Shown: one piece after another, positions 25,275 through 35,413 of the stretch
How positions within the stretch are numbered: position 1 is the stretch's first letter
Layout of the letters: each line of letters begins with the position of its first letter
Assembly (NCBI GenBank): GCA_963730605.1
Contig: CAVSSM010000001.1
Span: forward strand, 640,001 to 704,000
Source of the DNA: an uncultured Chlamydiae bacterium
Lineage (GTDB): Bacteria > Chlamydiota > Chlamydiia > Chlamydiales > SM23-39
DNA length: 64,000 nucleotides
Reading direction: 5' to 3'
Translations under genes and position numbers: made by a program
Notes under the pieces: generated by a model
What the model saw: the letters and a program-made list of their open reading frames with translations, nothing else
Database searches by the model: none
What the model was told of the DNA's origin: nothing

Positions 25275-25576
25275 CCCTTCTATTTTATCTTCTCCTTTTC
25301 CTTTTCCTCTTTGTTTCCGTCATCCTTTGTTTCGTGATCTTGATCCAAGAAGCGAAGAGCTTAGGGTTGGGGGCCTCCTTCGGCGGCGACACGAGCGATT
25401 CGCTCTTCGGGACATCGACGGCGGAAGTCTTGAAAAGGTTCACGGCCATCCTCTCTGGCGTCTTCCTGATCGGTTGCCTTATCCTCTCCCTTTGGAGCGG
25501 AAGCCTTGGACGAAGGGCGCAAAGCAGCTTTATTCCCATCGAAATCCCGCAGCCAACACCCGTAACTCCTGAATGA
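25271..25576 (+). CDS. secG: Preprotein translocase subunit SecG
   Basis: Two TM segments around ILIQE.KS.GLGASFGG; follows tpiA. Confidence 0.9.
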   Translation: MTLLFYLLLFLFLFVSVILCFVILIQEAKSLGLGASFGGDTSDSLFGTSTAEVLKRFTAILSGVFLIGCLILSLWSGSLGRRAQSSFIPIEIPQPTPVTPE

Positions 25577-26106
25577 AACTTCGCCTCCACTACTATGGCG
25601 ATCCCGTCTTGAGGACCAAGGCGAGGATCATCGTTGAAATCACTCCCGAAATCATTCAGCTTAGCTCAGACATGATGGCGTTCATGATCGAGCATAATGG
25701 CGTCGGCCTCGCCGGCCCGCAAGTGGGCAAGCTCCTCCGCATTTATGTTTTCCGCGACGAATGGCTTAATGCGAATGGGCAATATGAGCTAGGGAGCCCC
25801 CAGGTTGCCATCAATCCGGTCCTCTCCTCCCCATCCAAAGAGATGGAATCGATGCTGGAAGGATGCTTATCCCTGCCGAACCTCCACATTAAAGTGAGCC
25901 GCCCGAAGAAGATCCATATTCGCTATCAGAATCTGAAAGGGGAGTTCATTGAACAAGACCTTGAAGGGTTTATCGCCCGCGTCAATATGCATGAAAACGA
26001 CCACCTAAATGGCGTCCTCCATATCGACCGGGCAAGTCCCAAAGACCGCAAGGCGCTCGAATCTGAACTTCAGAAAATCAAACAAAAATATTCCCCATCG
26101 AGCTGA
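25573..26106 (+). CDS. def: Peptide deformylase
   Basis: GVGLAGPQVG, EGCLS, HENDHLNG. Confidence 0.96.
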   Translation: MKLRLHYYGDPVLRTKARIIVEITPEIIQLSSDMMAFMIEHNGVGLAGPQVGKLLRIYVFRDEWLNANGQYELGSPQVAINPVLSSPSKEMESMLEGCLSLPNLHIKVSRPKKIHIRYQNLKGEFIEQDLEGFIARVNMHENDHLNGVLHIDRASPKDRKALESELQKIKQKYSPSS

Positions 26107-27128
26107 TGCGCCCAGCAGCGTTGAATACTGGCCTAGAATTTCATGCGCTCGACCATATCGCCCCGCTCGCCGCGGCGCTCCACATGCCGCTGATTACGAC
26201 CGAAGAGCGGAATTTCGAATTAGCCCGGCGCTATTACCCGCAAATCGAAGTTCGGCACATGCCCGATCTAGAATCAAAACTCTCATCTCTCGCTGTTGAG
26301 TTCGATGCCCTTTTCGAGTGTAAATACTGGGCGCCGCATCTCAAATCGCTATTCCAAGAGCTTTATGGGAAAAAGATGCGACTTGTCTTTTGCCCGCATG
26401 GGCAATCGGACAAAGGTTTTATCGCTCCTCTTTTAGCTCCCTATGCAGGACAAGATATCGTTCTTCTCTATGGCGATCTCCACATCCAAATATTGAAAGA
26501 CCTCCAACTCTGGCCAGCGATCTCGAACTATGCGATCATAGGCAACTATCGGCTCCCATTTTATCAAAAATACCAGTCATTTTATGACGCCCTCTTAGAG
26601 AGGGAAGTTCCGGTCGACAAAAAAAATCGAACCCTCCTTTACGCCCCTACCTGGCAAGACGGCGAGGGTGGAAGCTCCTTTTTTCGATATGGGCCAAAGA
26701 TCATTTCCGAGCTGCCCAACGACTGGAACCTGATCGTCAAGGTCCACCCGCTTTTAGAGCAAAGGGATCCGGCCCATTTCTATTCCTGCGCCGTCCAATT
26801 GGAGAAAAAGCCGAATGCGATCCTCATCCATGAATTTCCTCTTGTCTATCCGCTCCTAGCCATTGCGGACGCCTATCTCGGAGACTCTTCGTCTGTCGGC
26901 TATGACTTTCTTTATTTCGAGAGGCCGATCTATTTTCTTCCAACAGGGCGGCCGACAAGGCTCCACTCCTCTGGCCGGGTCATCGATCCGGACAAACCGA
27001 TCTATTCCCAACTCGAGTCCTCCAACCCGTATAGGGAGGAGCAAAGGGCTCTTTACACCTATGCTTTTGGCAAGCCAATCGACGAAGAGACTTTGCGCGC
27101 CCGCATTGAGAGAGTGTCTACAATGTGA
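26106..27128 (+). CDS. CDP-glycerol glycerophosphotransferase-like protein
   Basis: LLYAPTW, VKVHP and DSSSVGYDFLYFERPI motifs typical of TagB/TagF-like proteins. Confidence 0.7.
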   Translation: MRPAALNTGLEFHALDHIAPLAAALHMPLITTEERNFELARRYYPQIEVRHMPDLESKLSSLAVEFDALFECKYWAPHLKSLFQELYGKKMRLVFCPHGQSDKGFIAPLLAPYAGQDIVLLYGDLHIQILKDLQLWPAISNYAIIGNYRLPFYQKYQSFYDALLEREVPVDKKNRTLLYAPTWQDGEGGSSFFRYGPKIISELPNDWNLIVKVHPLLEQRDPAHFYSCAVQLEKKPNAILIHEFPLVYPLLAIADAYLGDSSSVGYDFLYFERPIYFLPTGRPTRLHSSGRVIDPDKPIYSQLESSNPYREEQRALYTYAFGKPIDEETLRARIERVSTM

Positions 27129-27234
27129 GGTTCTGTCGATTTTTCGGTTCTTTTGAGCCGATTTTCGATTCAAGACTTGGGGGGCAATATCGACAACAGT
27201 ACATAGCCCCCATATTTTTACTCCCAATATTGTG

Positions 27235-27408
27235 TATAACCTGAGTTTTGGGTTCATTTGTCTATGAGATTCAAGGATATTTCGAGCATATTTTTGCGCT
27301 TTGGAGCCGAGAGCAATATCGGGACGAGCATCTTGCCGAGGCGAAAAGTCAAAAAGATGCCGAAAGAAATTGAAGCTCAGGCAAATGAACCCAAAACTCA
27401 GGTGTATA
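27235..27408. mobile_element. 174-bp TA-bounded MITE with long terminal inverted repeats
   Basis: ACCTGAGTTTTGGGTTCATTTGTCT ... AGGCAAATGAACCCAAAACTCAGGT (24/25 match), TATA at both ends. Confidence 0.88.
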
Positions 27409-27484
27409 CTGTTCCCGCTCAAAAAGTGTGAATCTGCTGGCGTCGGGCAGCCACTGAATTTGTGATCCGCCTGTATCGCTAAAA

Positions 27485-28195
27485 TTATAATGAAGCCGTC
27501 CGAATCCTGACAGCGACTTGTTCGTGGAAGGCGTTGTAGGCGATGTACTCTGCCTGGAATCCGTACTTTTCCAAAAATTCCTCAAATGCCTTGAACTCGT
27601 GATTGCGGAAATTCGGGTAGTTGTAGAACTCATCAAATAAAATGATCGTCTTGTCGACCATCTTCGGCCCAAGGAGATCGAGGCCTTGGGCTGCCGATTC
27701 ATAAATATCGCTATCGATGTGGAGGAAGGCGATCGGCTCGTCATGGAGCTCGAGGAACTTTGGCAGCGTTTCAGAAAACCATCCCTGTCTCAATTCGACA
27801 TTGAGCAAAAAAGAAGGAAGGGGCTCTCCTTTTGGCCAAGCAAATAGAGTTCCTGGGATGAGGAGGTCGCCTCGATCCCAGTCAATGGGCAGCCCCTGAT
27901 AGGAGTCGAAGGTGTAGATGGTTTTTCGGGGATTGAGGGCAGCGAGGAAGTTCGTCGTCCTGCCTTTGTATGTGCCCAGCTCGATAAAGAGCCCGTCTAC
28001 TGCGACCTGATCGGATGCGTAGCGAAAGATCTCGGCATCCGATTCAAAGGCTTTTCCTTTGGAGAGCACCGTCTTGACGAATTCGGCCGCATCGGCATTG
28101 GCCAGGAAGTGCCGGTTGCCTGGGTCCGTGTGAAGCACTTGGCTGCCGTCGAGGCCAAAGCCCGACCCGCCAAATAGGGAAAGGGAGCTTTTCAT
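27485..28195 (-). CDS. Class I SAM-dependent methyltransferase (TylF/MycF-like)
   Basis: IELGTYKGRT, FDSYQGLP, GWFSETLP, AFLHIDSDIYES, ILFDEFYNYP. Confidence 0.85.
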   Translation of the reverse strand: MKSSLSLFGGSGFGLDGSQVLHTDPGNRHFLANADAAEFVKTVLSKGKAFESDAEIFRYASDQVAVDGLFIELGTYKGRTTNFLAALNPRKTIYTFDSYQGLPIDWDRGDLLIPGTLFAWPKGEPLPSFLLNVELRQGWFSETLPKFLELHDEPIAFLHIDSDIYESAAQGLDLLGPKMVDKTIILFDEFYNYPNFRNHEFKAFEEFLEKYGFQAEYIAYNAFHEQVAVRIRTASL

Positions 28196-28974
28196 TCCAG
28201 GCGCGCGAGTCCCTTTTGCCGGCTCTTTTCGAACATCCATCTAAAAAGGATAAGAGAGAGGGTCAGATAAACGACATTGAGAGCCATGCTGATCCAGAAA
28301 TAGGAAAATGGACAGCATCCCGTGGTGAGGATTTGTCTCATCCCTTGGAAAATATAGGTTGTGGGCAGGCACCAAGCAATCGCCCTTGCCCATGCGGGAA
28401 GAACATCGAGCGGATAAAAGACGGCGCTGAAAGGGGCGAAAAGGAAGGCGATCATCCAGGCGAGCATCTCGATCTTATGGCCCCAGTATATGATCGCCGA
28501 GGACGAGAGAAAGCTGATTGTCCATCCGAAAATGATGAGTGAGGCAGCGAAGGGGATAAAGGCCCAGCCGACGGTAAAGACGTTCAAGGAATAGAGGAGA
28601 AAGACGACGACCCCGCCAAAGGCAATCGTAATCATCAATTTGGCCAGGCTCAAAAGGAGCATGCCCGCAATCCATTCAGAAATTTTCAAAGGCGTCGAAA
28701 AGAGGTTGACGAGATTTCTCTGCCAAAATTCTTGCAGCAGGTTGACCGAGATATCGACCGAGCCTCGCCACGCGATCTGCCAGAAAATCAGCCCCGTCAT
28801 CAAAATGAGAGGGAGGTTATTGATTTCGCTTGTCCGTTGGATCCAGACGGAGGTCAGTCCCCAAATCAGAATGTCGACAAAGGGCCAGTAAAAAATATCG
28901 GAGAGTTGGTGAAGCCCTTTTTTTGCGACGTAGAAGTAGCGGCAATAAACGCCCATGATCCTGGACCAGCTCAT
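28192..28974 (-). CDS. ABC-2 type transporter permease
   Basis: About 6 TM segments; SAVFYPLDVLPAWAR..A..LPTTY; coupled to the ATPase gene. Confidence 0.88.
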   Translation of the reverse strand: MSWSRIMGVYCRYFYVAKKGLHQLSDIFYWPFVDILIWGLTSVWIQRTSEINNLPLILMTGLIFWQIAWRGSVDISVNLLQEFWQRNLVNLFSTPLKISEWIAGMLLLSLAKLMITIAFGGVVVFLLYSLNVFTVGWAFIPFAASLIIFGWTISFLSSSAIIYWGHKIEMLAWMIAFLFAPFSAVFYPLDVLPAWARAIAWCLPTTYIFQGMRQILTTGCCPFSYFWISMALNVVYLTLSLILFRWMFEKSRQKGLARLE

Positions 28975-29894
28975 TGATTTTTCTCCACGATTTTCAGGAA
29001 ATAGGCCTCCAGGGAGGGCTCTTTGATTTGAATGCTTGCGTAAGAAACGCCATCCTGCATGAGCTCGTTGAGAAACGGAGGGATGTCCTTTTCATCGAGG
29101 GAAAGTTCGATCACCCGGTGTTCCAGCTTGTATTGAACCCCTCTTTTTTCGGCCAGCGCGATCGTCCGTTTCATCCCATCGGTGATGGTCAGGCGGAGCT
29201 GATAAGAGGAGACGCTCTTGGCCAGATTCTCCGGAAGGTCGTCGGCAATCACGGATCCGTTTTTCAAAAAAATCGTCCGGTCGCAAAGTTCCGCGACCTC
29301 TTCCATCTTGTGAGAAGTAAAGAGGATCGAAAGCCCTGTTTTTTCCCTCTGCTCCAAAAGAAATTTACAGACGTCGAGCGATACGTCGGGGTCGAGCGAT
29401 GCCGTCGGCTCGTCGAGGAGGGCCACTCTGGGCTCGGTAAAGAACGCTTTCACGAGCATCAGCCGCGTGATTTGACCGGCCGATAGCGAGGAGACGGGCT
29501 TGTCTTTTTTGTCGTAGATGCCAAACCGTTCGAGAAGAGGCGTCGTCTTCGACTCGATGTCGGCAACGCTATAAAATTTGCCGAAGCAGCGGAGATTCTC
29601 CGATATGGTCAAAATGTAGGGAAGACTCGTATAGGTGCTGGCAAACGAGACCTGCTGCATGATCTCGGAGCGGTGGCGGAAGAAATTTTTCCCAAAGTAC
29701 TCGATCTCTCCCGATGTGACTCCCAGGGTGCCGAGCAGCATCTGGATGGTGGTCGTCTTGCCGGAGCCGTTGGGCCCCAGCAACCCAAGAATCTCTCCTT
29801 CTTTCAAATCGAAAGAGATTCCATTGACTGCGATGAAAGGTTTCTTTTTTCCGTAGACCTTCTTGAGGTTCTTTACGGATAATACAGGGGTCAT
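28971..29894 (-). CDS. ABC transporter ATP-binding protein
   Basis: GPNGSGKTT, LSAGQ, LLDEPT, SH switch. Confidence 0.93.
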   Translation of the reverse strand: MTPVLSVKNLKKVYGKKKPFIAVNGISFDLKEGEILGLLGPNGSGKTTTIQMLLGTLGVTSGEIEYFGKNFFRHRSEIMQQVSFASTYTSLPYILTISENLRCFGKFYSVADIESKTTPLLERFGIYDKKDKPVSSLSAGQITRLMLVKAFFTEPRVALLDEPTASLDPDVSLDVCKFLLEQREKTGLSILFTSHKMEEVAELCDRTIFLKNGSVIADDLPENLAKSVSSYQLRLTITDGMKRTIALAEKRGVQYKLEHRVIELSLDEKDIPPFLNELMQDGVSYASIQIKEPSLEAYFLKIVEKNQ

Positions 29895-29917
29895 AAGGCC
29901 AATATTATATAGGAATG

Positions 29918-32275
29918 TTATTTTCTAATCAAATTAAGTTGCCAAGTAAATCGGTCGTCTTTGTCTGTATGGCGATAGGAAAGACGGAGTTTTAGCGAGG
30001 TGGCGATCCAGGTGAAAAGGTCGAGTTGAAATTCGTTATAGGGATCTTCGGTCGATCGGAGAAACCCGTGATGGGACTGGAAATGGCATTCCCAAAAAGG
30101 GGAGAGACGGACAAAAATGTCGGTGAGGAGGGTCAGCCTCCGGTCGGAAAGAGGCGAGGCGAGAAGGTCGCTTTCCGAACGGGTGACGTCGAGGATGAAA
30201 TTTTCATGGTCCGCTTTGCGCCAGTCGTATTGGGAACGGTAGCGCGCTTCCAGGCTAAGCGCAATATTTTCATTGATCGTCCAACGACACCGGGCGTTCA
30301 TGAAGTCGTCCACATGATTCCGGAAGTTCCATGCGTTATGGAAGGATAGATAGACGGAAGCGAGGCGCCATTCGAGCCAAAGGTAGAGGCGGGGGATGAA
30401 CTGGGGAATGGTTGGGTTGGAAAAAAATGCGTTTGCATAGAGATCGGCCGTAAACCACGGTTCAAACACTTTGCTGACTTTTGTAAAAGTAAGACTGCGG
30501 ACCCCTCCCTGGATCTGGTTGATTTGGTTGTAGCCGTCCATGATCGAAAAGATATAGTGGTCATCGGGCCTGACTGTCGGACGGGTCAGGGCCAAAAACC
30601 CGGCATAAGGTTCGATGACATGCTGATTCTGGGAGTAGGACCTAACTCCTCTTGCGGCGAGGTCGGCCCCATAGACAAGGAGGCCAAGGGCTTTTGAGTT
30701 ATGCGATGCGCTATTGGTATAGAGCGTCCCGATCCCGCCGACGTTCGGGGTGAAGGTGACAGGGCCCCAATGGAAAGGGCGATGGAGCCTTTCCCGGATT
30801 TCAATACGCCCCGAGCGGTAATCCATGGGAGGCTTGAGGGTGGGCGTCGTGGCGAGCTGGTCAGAATAGGCGAAATCGAGGTAGGAGGCCTTTAGGAAGA
30901 GGCTAGACAGGATGCCGGTCGGCCCTAAGGTCATGGGTAGCAGATTGAGATAAAAAGTCGGCAAGTCTTGTTTGATCGACTCGAATGTGTTTAACCTAGG
31001 CCGGGCTTTAAAATTGGCGATGCAAAGCGGCGCCGCATGGTAAGCCCAAAAAAGGGTCTGCTGGGCTGTGCCGATTTCGAAATCTTCGCTCCTAAAATCG
31101 CTTGGCATCCGCACATCGCTATATTTATCCCAAGTCAATGCGGTATTGGTCCTCCCATCCTGGCTGCGCCAGTGATGAGCTCCTTCTAAGCGGAAACGGA
31201 ATTGTTTATTGGGCGCTGTTTCGAGCCGGTCTGTTCCTACATAGCTCCGTGTAACGAAGATGCTTTGCCCGTCCGGAGGGAAATATTCGCTTTCGATGGC
31301 TCCTCCCCAACCGGAGCTCCAACGGTATTCCACTCTTCCGAACAGGGCAAAATCACGCCAAGAATAAAGCTGATAGCGCATCCCGGCCCGCAAACCTTGG
31401 CCTCTATCCCAGTTGAGGAAATACCGGACGATCGGATCGCGGTTGCTTTTTTTCAGGTTCAATTTAAAGGAGGGGAGCCAAAAGGTGGGGATTTTATATA
31501 GGCGAAACGCGATGTTTTTCGCGATGAAAAGATCGGAGCTCTTAGCCTCAATGCGGCTCGCATGAAGGTCCCAATCGCTGTCTTTGTTTTCCGAGGCTGT
31601 AATGGAAGCGTTTTCCACCTCATAGCTGCCGTCGGCGTTCAATTCGATCCTCTCTCCCGAGATATACCAAAGGCTGAAAAACGTTTTTCCTTTGAACACG
31701 ACTCCAGTATTTGTCAGGAAATCGTATTCCAGCCTCTCGCCGACAAACACCCGATCTTTGTACTGGATCATCAAGTCGCCGGACGCTTCGATCCGATGTA
31801 TACTGTACGCGGTTGGCTTTTTAAAATTTGGACGGGCTGCGACTTCGTCAAATCGATCTGCTCCGCGAGAAAAACGGTCCATCCGAGGACCGTTTTTCTC
31901 GATTCCGCAGTCCTCGGAAATATTGCCTTCGGATATTTCCTTCGCCCCGTCCCCAAAAACGATGCGTTGTTTGGGGGCCCCTGGGGAGGTCGGTCGGACC
32001 GCTTCACTTCGATTTTGCTTTGTCTCGCTTGCGTCCAAATTTAAAAATCCTTCCCGCGTACAGTATATCTCCTGCCGATCTTCTTTTTTGCGGGTATATT
32101 CGATCTCCCTTGCTTGGATCCGGAGGTCTTTTGCTTTCACCACCCCTCCTTCATCGGTATAGATGACGCCGTTTCGGTAGGTGGGATTCCTCAAGTCGAT
32201 GACGACTCCCGAAGCGAAACAGTATCTCGCCGAAAGGCAGGCGCCAAGGAAAAGAAGAGTGAGGAGCGTTCGCAT
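29918..32275 (-). CDS. lptD: LptD/OstA-like outer-membrane protein with an 89-aa element-derived insertion
   Basis: Signal peptide, beta-jellyroll-like N-terminus (IEASGD, GERLEYDFLTNTG), long aromatic-rich barrel-like C-terminus. Confidence 0.65.
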   Translation of the reverse strand: MRTLLTLLFLGACLSARYCFASGVVIDLRNPTYRNGVIYTDEGGVVKAKDLRIQAREIEYTRKKEDRQEIYCTREGFLNLDASETKQNRSEAVRPTSPGAPKQRIVFGDGAKEISEGNISEDCGIEKNGPRMDRFSRGADRFDEVAARPNFKKPTAYSIHRIEASGDLMIQYKDRVFVGERLEYDFLTNTGVVFKGKTFFSLWYISGERIELNADGSYEVENASITASENKDSDWDLHASRIEAKSSDLFIAKNIAFRLYKIPTFWLPSFKLNLKKSNRDPIVRYFLNWDRGQGLRAGMRYQLYSWRDFALFGRVEYRWSSGWGGAIESEYFPPDGQSIFVTRSYVGTDRLETAPNKQFRFRLEGAHHWRSQDGRTNTALTWDKYSDVRMPSDFRSEDFEIGTAQQTLFWAYHAAPLCIANFKARPRLNTFESIKQDLPTFYLNLLPMTLGPTGILSSLFLKASYLDFAYSDQLATTPTLKPPMDYRSGRIEIRERLHRPFHWGPVTFTPNVGGIGTLYTNSASHNSKALGLLVYGADLAARGVRSYSQNQHVIEPYAGFLALTRPTVRPDDHYIFSIMDGYNQINQIQGGVRSLTFTKVSKVFEPWFTADLYANAFFSNPTIPQFIPRLYLWLEWRLASVYLSFHNAWNFRNHVDDFMNARCRWTINENIALSLEARYRSQYDWRKADHENFILDVTRSESDLLASPLSDRRLTLLTDIFVRLSPFWECHFQSHHGFLRSTEDPYNEFQLDLFTWIATSLKLRLSYRHTDKDDRFTWQLNLIRK
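31799..32067. mobile_element. 269-bp palindromic element (family B) inserted in frame in the lptD-like gene
   Basis: TATACTGTACGCGG / CCGCGTACAGTATA; inner TTTTAAAATTTGGACG / CGTCCAAATTTAAAAA; 269 minus TA = 267 bp = 89 codons. Confidence 0.9.
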
Positions 32276-32327
32276 TCAGGAAATGATAGGAGGGATTAAC
32301 TTTTCAAGGAAAGAGATTCAGCATCCC

Positions 32328-34010
32328 TCATTCCGTTGCGCGCATGAGGAGGCCCATGAGGGCGTAGCGGTTTGCGGGAGGGCTGAACTGGATCGCCTCG
32401 AGAAGGAAGGCGATGCTCTTTTCATCGCGCCGGTTGGCAATCGAGAGAAAAGATTCGATGAGAAGCCGAGACGTCTCTTCTGGGCTTAGGACATAGTCGG
32501 ATTGATCGAGGCGGAATTTCCAGGGCAAAAGCGGGCGGAGGCGGATTAGCTCTTCATGCTTTTGCCGCATGACCCAGTGGTTCACGTACTCTTCATAGGG
32601 CCCCTCCACATTTAAACGGAAGAGAGCCAGATGGCAATAGTCCCGGATCAGCGGGGCTGCAATTTTTTTTGTGCCCTCTTTCAAAAGTGCGATCGCTTCT
32701 TCTGTCCTGAGATTTTCAAGAAGAGAGATCAGGGCAGGCACAAGATCGTTTTGCTGCCTGGAGAAGATCGCCTCGGCAAGGCGCAAGAAATGCTCCTCGT
32801 GCAGATGGATCGCTTCGCGTAAAAAATGCTCTCTCATCGCAAGGGAAAACCCGAGATTGAGAGTCGGGTCCTTGGCCCGAAGTTCTGCTGAAGGGATCGC
32901 TTTGATAGCCATTTGTGTGCGGCCCACTGAGGAAAAAGGATGGAACGCGAGGCCGCGCCCATCTTCGATTAAGATTTCGGCCAAGGGAGTTAGGCAGCGG
33001 GGATCGCGCCTCTGCAAGAGGGCGACGGCGGCGTTGATGCGCACTTGCAGGTCGGCAGACTGAATAAGCTCTGAGAGGATTTTTTCAGAATCTTCGATTT
33101 CTCCTAGAGAGGCAATCGCGAAAAGATTCTTTTTTTGGGCCATCTCAAAGATCGCTGGAACATGGCTCCTGTCCCCCAAATGGAAAAGGGCAAGGGCAGC
33201 TGCGAGACGAACGGAGTCGATCGAGGAGAGGGCAAGTTTTTTAAGTTTGAGCGAAGAGGCTCCGTCTTTAAGAGCGCCGACTGCATAGGCGGCTGCTTCC
33301 AACTCAGCGATTTGAGCGTGAGTGAGCCGTTTTCTTAAAAGAGGAAGAAAATCATCGCGGCCGCTTCTCGCGACATTGAGGATCGATTCGATCCGTACTT
33401 GGGGATCGGGGTCCTCGATCAACCGGCGCAGCGCTAAGGTGGCCTCGCTCGTCCCGTGCAAGGCAAAGAAGGAAGGGAAATAGGGTTTAAAAATGGGAGG
33501 AAGACGGAACATTAGCCCTTCGATCTGGCCGACCGCAAGGGGGTGTTTTTTTTGGGCGAGATAAAAAGCCGCTTCCATCCGGGTCGAGAGAAAATCGGAA
33601 CTCATGGCGCGGTTCAAAAGATCTCCGGTCCGGTCGTCTTCGAACCCGGCAATAAAATGAAGCGCCAGCAACTGGATTTGCGGATCGGGATGGGTAAGTC
33701 CCGTTTCTAGAATTTCCAAAGCTCCCGCAGAGCCAGATAGCCCGGCTCCAAAAAGGGTCATCATAAAGACTTGGGGCTCGGCCGTTTGGATTCCTTTTTG
33801 CAAGAGGATGAGACCCATCCGCTGGAGCGCTTCGAAATCGTGCCGTCCGCTTTGTTCAGAATATTCCCGATACCTTCCGAAAGCCTCCTCGATCTGATTT
33901 TGCTGCATCAAGTAAAGGGCATGGAGCTTGATTTCCTCGTCGCTTGTTCTTGCGAAGAGGGGCAGCGCAGCGGCCATCGCTATAATGCACAGTCCTTTAA
34001 AAAATCCCAT
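32328..34010 (-). CDS. HEAT-repeat protein, probably exported
   Basis: Repeated D...VR..AA.AL units; signal-like N-terminus from ATG at 34010. Confidence 0.8.
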   Translation of the reverse strand: MGFFKGLCIIAMAAALPLFARTSDEEIKLHALYLMQQNQIEEAFGRYREYSEQSGRHDFEALQRMGLILLQKGIQTAEPQVFMMTLFGAGLSGSAGALEILETGLTHPDPQIQLLALHFIAGFEDDRTGDLLNRAMSSDFLSTRMEAAFYLAQKKHPLAVGQIEGLMFRLPPIFKPYFPSFFALHGTSEATLALRRLIEDPDPQVRIESILNVARSGRDDFLPLLRKRLTHAQIAELEAAAYAVGALKDGASSLKLKKLALSSIDSVRLAAALALFHLGDRSHVPAIFEMAQKKNLFAIASLGEIEDSEKILSELIQSADLQVRINAAVALLQRRDPRCLTPLAEILIEDGRGLAFHPFSSVGRTQMAIKAIPSAELRAKDPTLNLGFSLAMREHFLREAIHLHEEHFLRLAEAIFSRQQNDLVPALISLLENLRTEEAIALLKEGTKKIAAPLIRDYCHLALFRLNVEGPYEEYVNHWVMRQKHEELIRLRPLLPWKFRLDQSDYVLSPEETSRLLIESFLSIANRRDEKSIAFLLEAIQFSPPANRYALMGLLMRATE

Positions 34011-34573
34011 AGGTTGATTTTCACCTTGAGCAGCAAACGGTATACCGGCTGCAATGGCAGCCCCATGATGTTGTAATAGCACCCCTCGATTCTTTTGACA
34101 ATCAAGCTGCCCCCTTTTTGGATCGCATAAGACCCGGCTTTATCCAAAGGGCCGAAGTGGCGGTGGTAGGTATGGATTTGATCCTGAGTCAGTTCATGAA
34201 ATTCAACAACCGTTACCGCCCCATCGGTAAAGAGCTCCTTATTTTTCATGACGCAGATGCCGGTGTGGACCTCATGAACTTTGCCGGAGAGCTCTGAGAG
34301 CATGGCGCTCGCCTCTTCCATCGTCTCAGGCTTGAGAAAAAGACGCCCCCCTTGGAATACGACCGTATCGGCTGTCAATATCGTCTGGTTGGGATGCCGC
34401 TCGGCAAGGCTCATCGCCTTCCGTTTTGCGACCTCTTGGCCATACGCCGCGGGATCACCCTTGAAGAGGACTTGCGACTCATCGAAATCGGGAGAGACTT
34501 GGGCGAAGGGAAGCGAAAAATAGGAGAGGATTTCGCGGCGCCTGGGGGATGTGGAGCCTAAGATCAGTTCCAT
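33980..34573 (-). CDS. maf: Maf-family nucleoside triphosphate pyrophosphatase
   Basis: LILGSTSPRRREIL, ADTVV, KP, DKAGSYAIQ, G.YYNIMGLP. Confidence 0.95.
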   Translation of the reverse strand: MELILGSTSPRRREILSYFSLPFAQVSPDFDESQVLFKGDPAAYGQEVAKRKAMSLAERHPNQTILTADTVVFQGGRLFLKPETMEEASAMLSELSGKVHEVHTGICVMKNKELFTDGAVTVVEFHELTQDQIHTYHRHFGPLDKAGSYAIQKGGSLIVKRIEGCYYNIMGLPLQPVYRLLLKVKINLWDFLKDCAL

Positions 34574-34674
34574 TTTCCACTAGAATGCCAGATCCCGGCC
34601 GCCACGTCAAAATATGTCTTTCCGAGAAATAAAGGCTAGAGTGTGGTAGAATAGGAGGGAACAAAGGGGTATTT

Positions 34675-35190
34675 ATGACCGTTTCTCAGGTAAAAAGCCG
34701 CCCGAATCCACCCTCCTCCCTAGGTGCCTTGGCAAAGCCAAAACCTCATCAGGGACCTCAGGGACTTGCTCAAATGCCAGACCGCCTGGAGCCACGACAA
34801 ACGGGGCCTCAAGAGCCTCCCAGTTTTTTCAAGGAATTCCTTTTCAAACCGCTTTTCCGAGTGATTAAATTCCTGATCCGGGGCATTTTTACTTTCATCG
34901 ATTTTCTTCGGAACGTCTCTTTCGAAGAAACCCCGGAACCAGCCATCAATCGGGAGGGGTTCCTTGACCGTCTTTCCCGCGCGCCTACTCCTGAGATGAT
35001 CTTCCACCAATTCGAAGAGATCTATACTACGGCAGAGCAAACCTTAGTCTATCACGCCATAGGCGAAGCTCACCCCTCCAAAACCTCTTGGAAAGAGGCG
35101 TTCTGGAACCGGTCGCCTCAAGAGAATATCGCCCTCGGCCGCCACCTCATCCGGCAAAACCCCTTTCTCTTACGGGACTATTTGACCTGA
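34675..35190 (+). CDS. Hypothetical protein
   Basis: 171-aa ORF with upstream purine-rich RBS; no recognised motif. Confidence 0.6.
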   Translation: MTVSQVKSRPNPPSSLGALAKPKPHQGPQGLAQMPDRLEPRQTGPQEPPSFFKEFLFKPLFRVIKFLIRGIFTFIDFLRNVSFEETPEPAINREGFLDRLSRAPTPEMIFHQFEEIYTTAEQTLVYHAIGEAHPSKTSWKEAFWNRSPQENIALGRHLIRQNPFLLRDYLT

Positions 35191-35196
35191 CAAAAA

Positions 35197-35287
35197 GGTC
35201 TATCCCAAATATTGAATCGTTCCAACTCCTAAGAGGGTGTTAACAGTCTCTAAGCTTTTCATCCCATTAAAGTGTTTGGGATAGTCC
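35197..35287. repeat. 91-bp segment bounded by inverted repeats (MITE remnant?)
   Basis: GGTCTATCCCAAA ... TTTGGGATAGTCC (12/13 match); no clear target duplication. Confidence 0.5.
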
Positions 35288-35413
35288 GTTCTATTTGGTT
35301 ATCAGTGATATATGACTATTTTTCGATTTTTAAACAAAAAAAATAAAGTATAAATAAATTACTTAATTATTGTAAAATAATAGCATGATACAGTAAATAT
35401 AATTGATGATTTT

